Positions 37,047 through 45,323 of a DNA stretch of 64,000 nt are shown here, in pieces. Position numbers and translations under genes: made by a program. The notes under the pieces are model-generated. The model had not been told where the DNA came from. It worked only from the letters and a program-made list of their open reading frames with translations, and ran no database searches. The DNA comes from an uncultured archaeon. GTDB lineage: Archaea; Aenigmatarchaeota; Aenigmatarchaeia; PWEA01; JAGHBM01. The stretch lies in assembly GCA_964640225.1 (NCBI GenBank), contig CAZXFI010000003.1, forward strand, positions 3,442 to 67,441. The letters are read 5' to 3'. Position 1 is the first letter of the stretch. Each line of letters starts with the position of its first letter.

Positions 37047-38095
37047 CGGCATCCCGCAGAATAAAAAAACTCAGGGCAGGCATGAAGAAGAAAAACATAG
37101 ATACCGCGGTTTTTATCTCCTCCGAACCCCTTTACGACCCGAATGTATATTATTTAACGGGATTCCGCCAGGAAAGATATCATTCCTTTTCCTGCCTTAT
37201 AGTCAACCGGAAAAAGACCGCGCTGGTGCTTTCTTCCCTGGACTACGACAGGGCGTCAGGCAAAGAGGCCGACGAAATTATAGAGAAAGGCTGCCCGCTT
37301 TCAAAAATCATAAGGGAAAGGGCCTCCGGAAGCATCGGGATTGTCAGTGGCCTTTTTCCCTTCAGGCTTTCCGTTAAATTGAGAAAACTGAAGGACATAA
37401 CGTCCCTGATGGATGAAATCAGAAGCGTCAAGGATTCCGGGGAAATAGAGACGATAAGAAAAGCCTGCAGAATCACCAACTTTGGAATAAAATTTATAGA
37501 AAATTCGCTGAAAGGCATGACAGAGAGGGAGCTGGCAGGGGCCTTGGAGGATGAAATGAAAGGCAGGGGCGCGGAGGGAATGTCCTTCCCGACCATAGTG
37601 ACCTCATCGGGCTCTTCGGCCATACATCCCTTCCCATCCTTTTCTGGAAGAAAGATAGGAAGGGGCCTCGGCCTGGTGGACTTCGGTATAATTTACAGGG
37701 GCTACTGCACCGATGTCACCGTCCCGTTTTCCGTCGGCAGGCTCAAGGAAAGGGAAAAGAAAATAGTTGAAACCGTGGAAGGGGCCTACGAGAGAACCCT
37801 GGACAAGCTTAAGGCTGGAGTGGAAACCCGGACGCTTTTTGAAACGGCCGAATGGGTCATAAAGGAAGCCGGGTTTGAGCTCAGGCACGGGCTAGGCCAC
37901 GGCATAGGCTTGGAAGTCCACGAGTCCCCCCAAATATCCTCCAGAAAGGGGGGTAGGATAAGAAAAAACAGCGTCTTTACAATAGAGCCCGGTGTCTACG
38001 TTCCGGGAACCGGGGGGTGTAGGCTGGAGAACGATTTTCTTGCGAAAGCCGGGGGATTTGAAGTTTTAACCAAGTCAAGGTTTTTTAAGATATAA
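37043..38095 (+). CDS. M24-family Xaa-Pro aminopeptidase/dipeptidase
   Basis: Pita-bread metal ligands in D...D...H...E...E spacing. HGLGHGIGLEVHE motif. Confidence 0.8.
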   Translation: MTASRRIKKLRAGMKKKNIDTAVFISSEPLYDPNVYYLTGFRQERYHSFSCLIVNRKKTALVLSSLDYDRASGKEADEIIEKGCPLSKIIRERASGSIGIVSGLFPFRLSVKLRKLKDITSLMDEIRSVKDSGEIETIRKACRITNFGIKFIENSLKGMTERELAGALEDEMKGRGAEGMSFPTIVTSSGSSAIHPFPSFSGRKIGRGLGLVDFGIIYRGYCTDVTVPFSVGRLKEREKKIVETVEGAYERTLDKLKAGVETRTLFETAEWVIKEAGFELRHGLGHGIGLEVHESPQISSRKGGRIRKNSVFTIEPGVYVPGTGGCRLENDFLAKAGGFEVLTKSRFFKI

Positions 38096-38133
38096 AAACA
38101 TAACTAAACAAGAAATTATTTAGAGGTGTTGTT

Positions 38134-39174
38134 ATGGGAGTTAAAGTTCTGCTCAAAAAATTTACCGAGGTCCCGGGAATATCCGGCTCCGAGGACGGTA
38201 TAAGAAATCTTATGAAGAAAGAAATGAAAGGCGGCGTGGACAAGGTTTATGAGGATGCCGTGGGAAATCTGATTTCAGTCAAGGGTAAGGGGAAGCTGAA
38301 GGTTCTCCTGACGGCCCACATGGACGAAATAGGCTTTGTTGTAAAGCACGTGACGGACAAGGGCTTCATAAAGCTGAATCCCGTCGGCGGCTGGGACCCA
38401 AAAATACTTCCCTCCCAGAGAGTAAGGATACACACGGAAAGTGGAGTCGTGAACGGGGTAATAGGCTCAAAGGCGATACACCTCCAGGAGAAGGAGGAGC
38501 TGGAAAAGGCTTTCAAGCTCAAGCAGCTCTCCGTTGACATAGGCGCCATGGACAGAAAAGACGCGGAAAAGGCGGGAGTCGGAATAGGCGATTTCGTGGA
38601 GGTCGTCGGGGAGTTCACTGAGCTGAAAAACAACAGGTTTTCCGGAAGGTGCTTTGACAACAGGATAAGCTGCGCCGTTCTTGTTGAAGTGATGAAAAGG
38701 GTGAAACCAAAGGGATTCACGCTTTACGGAGTAGGCAGCGTGCAGGAAGAAATAGGCCTCAAGGGCGCCGCGGCCACGATGTTCGGCATAAACCCGGACA
38801 TAATAATATCCCTGGATGTGGAGATTGCGGGGGACCACCCCCTTATAGAAGACGGCGAGTCGCCCCTAAAACTGGGGGCCGGGGTGGTTATAGGGCTCCA
38901 GGATGCCAGGTACGTGATTCACAAAAAAATCAAAAAGCTGTTCACGGACACGGCAAAAAAGAACAAGATAAAATACCAGCTGGGGGTAAACTCGGCTGGC
39001 ACAACGGAGGCCACCATGGCGATTATGACAAGGGAGGGCAAGCCCGGGGGGCTGGTGTCCGTTCCCATAAGGTACATGCACACTACCGTGGGGACGGCCG
39101 ACCTGGAGGACATAGAAAGTGCGATAAGTCTTGTTGCAAAGTCCCTGAACAATGCGGGCAAATATTTCAAGTGA
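38134..39174 (+). CDS. M42-family (TET/FrvX) aminopeptidase
   Basis: HMDEIGF motif and FrvX-like length. Confidence 0.8.
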   Translation: MGVKVLLKKFTEVPGISGSEDGIRNLMKKEMKGGVDKVYEDAVGNLISVKGKGKLKVLLTAHMDEIGFVVKHVTDKGFIKLNPVGGWDPKILPSQRVRIHTESGVVNGVIGSKAIHLQEKEELEKAFKLKQLSVDIGAMDRKDAEKAGVGIGDFVEVVGEFTELKNNRFSGRCFDNRISCAVLVEVMKRVKPKGFTLYGVGSVQEEIGLKGAAATMFGINPDIIISLDVEIAGDHPLIEDGESPLKLGAGVVIGLQDARYVIHKKIKKLFTDTAKKNKIKYQLGVNSAGTTEATMAIMTREGKPGGLVSVPIRYMHTTVGTADLEDIESAISLVAKSLNNAGKYFK

Positions 39175-39178
39175 GTTT

Positions 39179-39553
39179 ATGGTAAGTTCATCGGATGACA
39201 TAATAAAGAGGGCAAGAGAGCTTGAGATGATGAGGAAGCTCAAGGACAGCGGTCAGCTCCCGCAATCTGATGACCAAAATTTGGGCAAAGCCGTGCAGAT
39301 TCTTGAAATGAAGATGGACATAATAAACAAGAAACTTGACGAGCTGCTCCAGCAGAAGCAGAGCAAGGAATTCAAGGATGTCCATCAGAAAATCATTAAC
39401 GTTCTCGCGGAATGGATGAACACCCAGAGCATATCCCAGATGCTTGGCTACAGGCAGGAGTATGTCAGCAGGAAAGTGGCCGAGCTCAAGGAGATGGGAA
39501 AAATTGAGGAGAAAAGGGAAGGCAAGAACCTGTTCTACAGAAGAATTGCGTGA
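39179..39553 (+). CDS. Winged-helix transcriptional regulator
   Basis: C-terminal wHTH (ISQMLGYRQEYVSRKVAELKEMG). ATG 39179 is preferred over the track start. Confidence 0.5.
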   Translation: MVSSSDDIIKRARELEMMRKLKDSGQLPQSDDQNLGKAVQILEMKMDIINKKLDELLQQKQSKEFKDVHQKIINVLAEWMNTQSISQMLGYRQEYVSRKVAELKEMGKIEEKREGKNLFYRRIA

Positions 39554-39881
39554 AAAGCTGGTTTCATTCCTCACCGAAATGAAAGACGATACTGTTGTAG
39601 TTGAGGGAATCAGGGACAAAAAGGTTTTGGACAGACTCGGGTTCTCCGATGTGCGCAAAATAAACGGAAGCCTTTACGATTTTGCCATGAAATTCAGCGG
39701 AAGCGTGCTGGTTATGACTGATTTTGACCCCGAGGGGGAGAAGATAGCCAAAAAGCTTTCCGTTCTTCTCACCAAGGCCGGGTGCAGGGTGGAGAGGGCA
39801 AAAAGGAACAAGCTCCGGAGACTTTTCATAAAGAACAAGGTAAACACGGTGGAAGGAATGAGAAGGCTGATGAGGTTTTGA
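39546..39881 (+). CDS. Small Toprim-domain protein (COG1658-like)
   Basis: VVVEGIRDKKVL ... VMTDFDPEGEKIA Toprim motifs. The start is uncertain: TTG 39546 or ATG 39580. Confidence 0.5.
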   Translation: MREKLVSFLTEMKDDTVVVEGIRDKKVLDRLGFSDVRKINGSLYDFAMKFSGSVLVMTDFDPEGEKIAKKLSVLLTKAGCRVERAKRNKLRRLFIKNKVNTVEGMRRLMRF

Positions 39882-39886
39882 TTTAA

Positions 39887-40261
39887 ATGAAAACCACGGT
39901 GCTTTACTTTGGCAACGAACTGGTTCCCGAAGACAGGATTTCCATAGAAACAGTAGACAGGATTATGAAAGAGCTGCCTGGCGTGGATTTTATACACTGC
40001 CGGTTTCCCGAAGACGTTGTCAGATACCGTAAAAACAAACCGTTCATCCTGGATGTAGCCAGGGGAATAGAGGAAGTTACTGTAATAGAAGACACTGAAA
40101 ATATAAGCACCAGGAGAGTTTCAACACTTCATGATTTTGGACTCTCATTTTTTCTCAAGCTGTTTGAGAAAACAGAGCCCGGTTTTAGGGTTAAAATAAT
40201 AACAATCCCCGCAAACAAAAAATCAGACAAAAAAATAATACAGCTTCTCAAATCTCAGTGA
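39887..40261 (+). CDS. Hydrogenase-maturation-protease-like protein (divergent HycI/HybD-like)
   Basis: Size, GNELVPED N-terminus and STLHDFGL segment resemble maturation endopeptidases. Adjacent to the hydrogenase large subunit. Confidence 0.45.
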   Translation: MKTTVLYFGNELVPEDRISIETVDRIMKELPGVDFIHCRFPEDVVRYRKNKPFILDVARGIEEVTVIEDTENISTRRVSTLHDFGLSFFLKLFEKTEPGFRVKIITIPANKKSDKKIIQLLKSQ

Positions 40262-41532
40262 ATTTCCAGTTCAAGAAAATGCGCGGAGCAGGACATGCAG
40301 GGGTCGTACGCCCTTATGAGCTTTTCCATTCCCGCCCTTATCCTGTCCCTGGGCAGGTTCATCATTTCAGGCAAAACCGAGGCGACCGCATCCTCCATGT
40401 TCTTGACGTTCTGGGTGGTTGGGGGTATTATGTTCACTCGGGTAACATTGCCTTCCTTATTCAGCTTGTAGTGATGGTACAGGAGACCCCTGGGAGCCTC
40501 GGTCGCGCTGATTCCCTCCCCCTCCCGGGGTCTGGCTTCAATTACCTTCTCTTTTCGCAGTTCAAGCATTTCAAGGATATCCAGGCAACGGTCTATGCAG
40601 TGTATTGTTTCCGCAGCTCTCGCGGCATTGGCCGAGAGAAGATTGTACTCAGGATTGCTCAGTTTCTTCAGGGCGTTTCTTGCGTCTTCAGATAGCCCCT
40701 CGCGGTGAACGTTTACCCTGGCCAGGGGACCCACCATAAAGCTTTTGTCCCTGAACGTCACGTGCTTTGAAGTTGATTCCGGAACGACTTTTTCCTCAAG
40801 ATGTTTGCGGTAGTCTCTTGGGACAAACCCGCGGCCGGACAGGGACACGACGTTCCCTTCCAGAAAGGGATAATTTTTTCCCGCGGTTTCAAGGGAAAGG
40901 AATTCCGTTTCAAATGTAATTTTTTCTTTTTCCAGATTCTCAATCAATTCGGCCGTTTCTTTGGCATACATCTTTGCTTCCCGGAGTTTCCTGACAAGCC
41001 CCCTAACTTTATCTTTTTCTGGAATTTTGGTGAACCCGCCCACGACAGACGTGATTGGATGTATGCTTCTTCCGCCTATGGCGCTTGCAACATCGTTTCC
41101 AATTTCCTTCAGACGAAGCCCTCTCTTTACGTATTCAAGCCCCTTTCCTTTCATATCTAGGGCCGAGGAGCAGCCAAGGTAGTCGGGAAGGGCGAGAAGA
41201 TGGATGTGCAGCACGTGGCTGTGGAAAATTCCGCTAAGCACAAGTAGTTCCCTCAGGAGCCTTGTCTGTTCGCTCGGTTTTATTTCCAGCGCGTTCTCAA
41301 CTGCCATCGCGGAGCCTACGAGATGGGCGATGTTGCATATTCCGCATATCCTGCCTGCAAGGTAAGGGACTTCCTTGTAGCTTCTGTTTTTTATCGCGGC
41401 TTCAAAATATCTCGGGCTTTCAAAAACTTCCAGGGAGCATTTTTTAACCTTTTTTTTATTTCTGTCAAACCCGACTGAAAGTTTGGCATGTCCCTCTATT
41501 TTTGTCAGATGACTTATCTCAATTTCTTCCAT
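40255..41532 (-). CDS. hydA: [NiFe] hydrogenase large (alpha) subunit, sulfhydrogenase/group-3-like
   Basis: N-terminal RICGICNIAH and C-terminal DPCMSCSAH Ni-Fe-ligand motifs with a short cleavable tail. Confidence 0.9.
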   Translation of the reverse strand: MEEIEISHLTKIEGHAKLSVGFDRNKKKVKKCSLEVFESPRYFEAAIKNRSYKEVPYLAGRICGICNIAHLVGSAMAVENALEIKPSEQTRLLRELLVLSGIFHSHVLHIHLLALPDYLGCSSALDMKGKGLEYVKRGLRLKEIGNDVASAIGGRSIHPITSVVGGFTKIPEKDKVRGLVRKLREAKMYAKETAELIENLEKEKITFETEFLSLETAGKNYPFLEGNVVSLSGRGFVPRDYRKHLEEKVVPESTSKHVTFRDKSFMVGPLARVNVHREGLSEDARNALKKLSNPEYNLLSANAARAAETIHCIDRCLDILEMLELRKEKVIEARPREGEGISATEAPRGLLYHHYKLNKEGNVTRVNIIPPTTQNVKNMEDAVASVLPEMMNLPRDRIRAGMEKLIRAYDPCMSCSAHFLELEIH

Positions 41533-42266
41533 GCTTCACTACCCTTTATTTCCTCGTAGAGGTTGTATATTTTTAACTTTTCCTTTATGTCTTTCCTGGT
41601 CATTTTGAATTTTTTTGTGAGCAAAGCGAAAAACTCCCCGAGATTTGCATCCTCTATTATGCCCCGGCACCCGACACAGGGATATTCGTTATGCGGGCAT
41701 ATGGCCTTGCACCCCGCCCGGCTTATGGGGCCAAGGCACAGGATGCCCCTGTCAAGGAGGCAGTCCTTTTCTCTCATTCTGCACTCAACGCACACATCGT
41801 GGGTTTTCTCTCTCCATACCTTTCCGATGAGAACGGAGTTTACCAGTGAAAGGAGTTCGTGCCTGGAAAAGGGGCAGCCGCGCAAATAGTAGTCCACGTT
41901 GACATGTTTTTCTATACCGCTTACCGGAACAGAGCCGTAAAGGTTTTTTCCGTAAACCACTTCCTCCGGTTTCCGGGCATAGTTTTTCAAGGTCATTACG
42001 CAGCCGTTGCAGGCACAGGAGCCCAAAGCCACGAGTATTTTGGACCTTTTTCTTATCTCCTTAACCTCCTTAACCTCCTTCCTGGTGCTGATACCTCCCT
42101 CTACAAATGTTATGTCATATTCACTTTCCAGGTTCCTTCCCTTAACGAGCTTGAAATCCACGAAGTCCAGGCTTCCAAACATCTTCAAGAGACAGTCCCT
42201 TAGGTTGAGAAACTCAAAACTACATCCGAAGCACGAAGTGAAAGTTATTAGAGCGGCTTTTTTCAT
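41514..42266 (-). CDS. hydD: [NiFe] hydrogenase small (delta) subunit
   Basis: CFGCSFEF proximal-cluster motif. Start trimmed to MKKAALI. Confidence 0.8.
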   Translation of the reverse strand: MKKAALITFTSCFGCSFEFLNLRDCLLKMFGSLDFVDFKLVKGRNLESEYDITFVEGGISTRKEVKEVKEIRKRSKILVALGSCACNGCVMTLKNYARKPEEVVYGKNLYGSVPVSGIEKHVNVDYYLRGCPFSRHELLSLVNSVLIGKVWREKTHDVCVECRMREKDCLLDRGILCLGPISRAGCKAICPHNEYPCVGCRGIIEDANLGEFFALLTKKFKMTRKDIKEKLKIYNLYEEIKGSEAWKKLR

Positions 42267-42270
42267 CGTT

Positions 42271-43083
42271 TTACCACACCTTTTCGGTAAGCCCGTCAAG
42301 CTCGTCCAGCCTGAAGACGGGACCGTCCTTGCATACGTAAAGTTTGCCTATGTTGCAGTGTCCGCAGTGCCCCATGCCGCATTGCATGAGCCTTTCTATT
42401 GATACGTATATCCGCTTCATTTCAAGCCCCCTTTCCAGGAGCTTTTTGCAGACGAATTTTGACATGATACAGGGACCGCAGAGGCATGCTGCCGTTTTAC
42501 TGTCAATTATAAGGTCTTCAAGCAAAGTGGTGATCACACCGACGTTTCCTTTCCAACCTCCCGTTTTTTTATCCACCGTAATCCCAACTTTGATGTCCTT
42601 CCTTTCCCCCCATTCTTTCATTTCGCTTTTATAGACTATATCCTCCGGAGTCCTGGCCCCGTAGTAAAGTTCTATCCTGCCGTAACAATCCCTCTTCTCA
42701 AGGAGGTTTATGAGAAGCGATTTTATGGGGGGAGAGCCTATGCCTCCGGCCACCATTATGACGTTTTTTCCTTTCATGTCCTTTATCGGGTAGCCGTTGC
42801 CGAAAGGTCCCCTGATTCCTATACGATCGCCTTTTTTAAGCCTGAAAAGCCTGTTTGTGACTATCCCGGTTTTCTTTACGCCGAATTCATAAACGCCCCG
42901 CCTACCGGTGGGAATTATTCCGAAAGTTGACTCCCCGAAGCCCAGGACGCTAACCATTATTACCTGGCCGGGCGTGAACTTTATTTCCTTTTCTTCATCC
43001 AGACTGAAATGAAATGTTTTGACGTCCGGAGTCTCCCTCTTTACTCCCAGAATTTTTCCCATTTCAGGCACGTACGGATTCAT
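42271..43083 (-). CDS. hydG: Hydrogenase gamma subunit, FAD/NAD(P)-binding with a [2Fe-2S] CxxGxCGxC module
   Basis: FNR-like fold with C-terminal CGMGHCGHC. Start at MNPYVPEM, immediately after the hydB stop. Confidence 0.8.
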   Translation of the reverse strand: MNPYVPEMGKILGVKRETPDVKTFHFSLDEEKEIKFTPGQVIMVSVLGFGESTFGIIPTGRRGVYEFGVKKTGIVTNRLFRLKKGDRIGIRGPFGNGYPIKDMKGKNVIMVAGGIGSPPIKSLLINLLEKRDCYGRIELYYGARTPEDIVYKSEMKEWGERKDIKVGITVDKKTGGWKGNVGVITTLLEDLIIDSKTAACLCGPCIMSKFVCKKLLERGLEMKRIYVSIERLMQCGMGHCGHCNIGKLYVCKDGPVFRLDELDGLTEKVW

Positions 43084-44078
43084 TTTCTCCCCCTCTCCAG
43101 TAGCTTTTCCGCTTCCGCGAAGAAGTCTATTCCCGTCGGGCAAACATCCACGCACCTTCCGCACCCTGTACATAATTGTTTTCCGTGTTCCTTCTTGAAA
43201 TAACTTAGCTTGTGGAACACGAACTGTTTGCACCTTTCAGGCCTTTCCCTCCTGAACACAACGTCTCCGGCTACGCGTGAAAAATCAAGGAGCATGCAGA
43301 AATCCCAGATTCTTTTCCTGACTCCACGGGATTCGCCGAACTCGTTTTCATCCCTGACATTAAAACAGTAGCACGTGGGGCACACTGCCGTGCAGGCGCC
43401 GCAGGACAGGCATTTCCCCGCAATTTTATTCCACCCCGGGCTGCCAAAAACCGGTAGCAATCTCTTTTCAATATTTTTTGAATCAAATATTCTCGTGTTT
43501 TTCATTTTTTTTGTTCTCGGAGCCCGCGAAACTCTTCTAAACCCCTTCATGATTTTCCTGCCCCTGTCCGTGGAGTCCTCCACCAAATAACCTTCTTCAG
43601 TCTCGCTCAGCAGGATATCAAACCCGTCCTCAAGTCTGTCGGTTCCCATTGACTGGCAAAAGCAATTATCACCCGATTTGGCGCAGTTAACAGCAATTAC
43701 AATAGTGTCCTTTCTTTTTTGGGAATAATAAGGGTCTTCATACTCGTTCATAAAAACCTTGTCCAGCCTTGCCAGGCCATGGACGTCGCAAGGCCTTATG
43801 CCAAATATCACCCGCCTTTCCCTGGATACGGTATCTTCAACCCCACCCCTTTTGGAATCGTAACGGAAAAGAATTTCCCCGTTGGGAATAAAAAAATTCT
43901 TCGGCGGGTACGCCGTGTTTGTGTAGTCAAGGATTGCCTCTTCCCCACCGGAAATTCTTTGAAAATTCACCCCGTTTTCCGTTTTCACGGGAGCTATAAC
44001 GCTGAAGTTTTTTTCAATCAGGGAATCCAGAAAATCCGGCACATGCTTTTTAGAAATAGTCAAAACCATACAAATCAT
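43080..44078 (-). CDS. hydB: Hydrogenase beta subunit, 4Fe-4S protein (AsrA-like)
   Basis: Two CxxCxxCxxxCP ferredoxin motifs. Confidence 0.8.
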   Translation of the reverse strand: MICMVLTISKKHVPDFLDSLIEKNFSVIAPVKTENGVNFQRISGGEEAILDYTNTAYPPKNFFIPNGEILFRYDSKRGGVEDTVSRERRVIFGIRPCDVHGLARLDKVFMNEYEDPYYSQKRKDTIVIAVNCAKSGDNCFCQSMGTDRLEDGFDILLSETEEGYLVEDSTDRGRKIMKGFRRVSRAPRTKKMKNTRIFDSKNIEKRLLPVFGSPGWNKIAGKCLSCGACTAVCPTCYCFNVRDENEFGESRGVRKRIWDFCMLLDFSRVAGDVVFRRERPERCKQFVFHKLSYFKKEHGKQLCTGCGRCVDVCPTGIDFFAEAEKLLERGRK

Positions 44079-44126
44079 TTGGTTTTTCTACTTAAATTTT
44101 TTATATCTGCGGATTTAATGATGGTT

Positions 44127-44336
44127 ATGTGTCTTGCTATTCCCGCCAAGGTTGTCAAGGTTGAGGGAGAAAAGGCCGTGCTGGACGTTTTTGGAGAGAC
44201 GTCCGGGGCCAGGGTAAAAACTCCCAGACCAAAAGTCGGGGACTACGTTCTTGTCCAGTTCGGAACTGTAACAGACATACTGGATAAAAAAGCGGCTGGT
44301 GAAAGCCTGAAGGCATGGAAAGAAATTCTCCGCTAG
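44127..44336 (+). CDS. hypC: Hydrogenase assembly chaperone HypC
   Basis: Canonical MCLAIP N-terminus, 69 aa. Internal start within the track ORF 43719-44336. Confidence 0.8.
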   Translation: MCLAIPAKVVKVEGEKAVLDVFGETSGARVKTPRPKVGDYVLVQFGTVTDILDKKAAGESLKAWKEILR

Positions 44337-44701
44337 TCAAGATAAATTCTTTCCGGAACAATTTCCAACTCCCCCCTATATTTTTTTACAATGCCTTCCA
44401 CTTCCATTTCCATACCGTTGGTTATTTCTCCCGGATTCACTCTCAGCCTGCTCATGCTGCTTTCAAAAATCACAACCTTTATCTTTCCGATCCCGTCCGC
44501 GAGCGTGAAGAACAGGTGCTCGCCGGTATAATATCTTGACTGGACCTCTCCTGAAACAGAGACCAGAGTCCCCTCGTCGTCTTCCCCAATGTTCCCTATG
44601 TCCGTTACCCGCGCTTCCGCGAAATGCACCCCGGCGTAAAGCAGGCCCAAGCCCAGTATAGTGCACAACAAGCAAAGCTTCATGAGGTTTCTGTCTTCCA
44701 T
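44333..44701 (-). CDS. Membrane-anchored OB-fold protein (tRNA_anti-like)
   Basis: N-terminal TM helix plus an OB-like beta segment. Confidence 0.35.
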   Translation of the reverse strand: MEDRNLMKLCLLCTILGLGLLYAGVHFAEARVTDIGNIGEDDEGTLVSVSGEVQSRYYTGEHLFFTLADGIGKIKVVIFESSMSRLRVNPGEITNGMEMEVEGIVKKYRGELEIVPERIYLD

Positions 44702-45231
44702 AAAGGCACGCTCTTTATCTCCCTGTAAACCGGCCCCCGCGGCGTGAGGCGGCTTTCAAAAAGCACGATTTCCCTGACTTTCATTCTTCCCGCGCTGAAG
44801 TCCCTGAATTTTTCTATCTTCTCGTAAAGCTTTTTTCTGTCTTTCACGGACCTGGCTCGGCACAGGGTAAGGTGCGGCTTCACTCCCGACTTTCCCCCCA
44901 ACTCGGAAAACTTTAAATTAACCTCCCTTAAAAATTCCGTGAATTCTTCCCCGCCCTCGCCGATTCCCAGCCACACGACTTTAGCGCGGGACTCTCTGGG
45001 GAAAACTCCCAGTCCCCCAACTTCCACGTAAAACTCCCTTTCTTCAATGGAATCCATGAGTTCCTTGACTTTCTCCACCTCAATGTCCCCGAGCTCGCCG
45101 AAGAACCTGACAGTCCAGTGAAGGTTATCGGGCTCCACCGTTTTCACCCCCCTCATTTCAAATTCATTAATAAGCCGGGCCGCATTTTTTCTGACTTCTT
45201 CGGAGACCCTTACCGCAAGAAAGCACCTCAA
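44680..45231 (-). CDS. thpR: RNA 2',3'-cyclic phosphodiesterase (2H family, ThpR/LigT-like)
   Basis: Two H-x-T-x motifs (HWTV, HLTL). Confidence 0.75.
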   Translation of the reverse strand: MRCFLAVRVSEEVRKNAARLINEFEMRGVKTVEPDNLHWTVRFFGELGDIEVEKVKELMDSIEEREFYVEVGGLGVFPRESRAKVVWLGIGEGGEEFTEFLREVNLKFSELGGKSGVKPHLTLCRARSVKDRKKLYEKIEKFRDFSAGRMKVREIVLFESRLTPRGPVYREIKSVPLWKTETS

Positions 45232-45323
45232 GTTACCACCGGTAAAGTATTATATTTTTTAACACACATTTCTTTATAAATTAATAATTTAAAACGTTAA
45301 ACAGTAACACAGTACTGCCTTCA

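Noticed and set aside
43719-44126. N-terminal 136 aa of track ORF 43719-44336 upstream of hypC
   Set aside because: Antisense to hydB. HypC homologs begin exactly at MCLAIP, and an AT-rich promoter-like spacer precedes ATG 44127.
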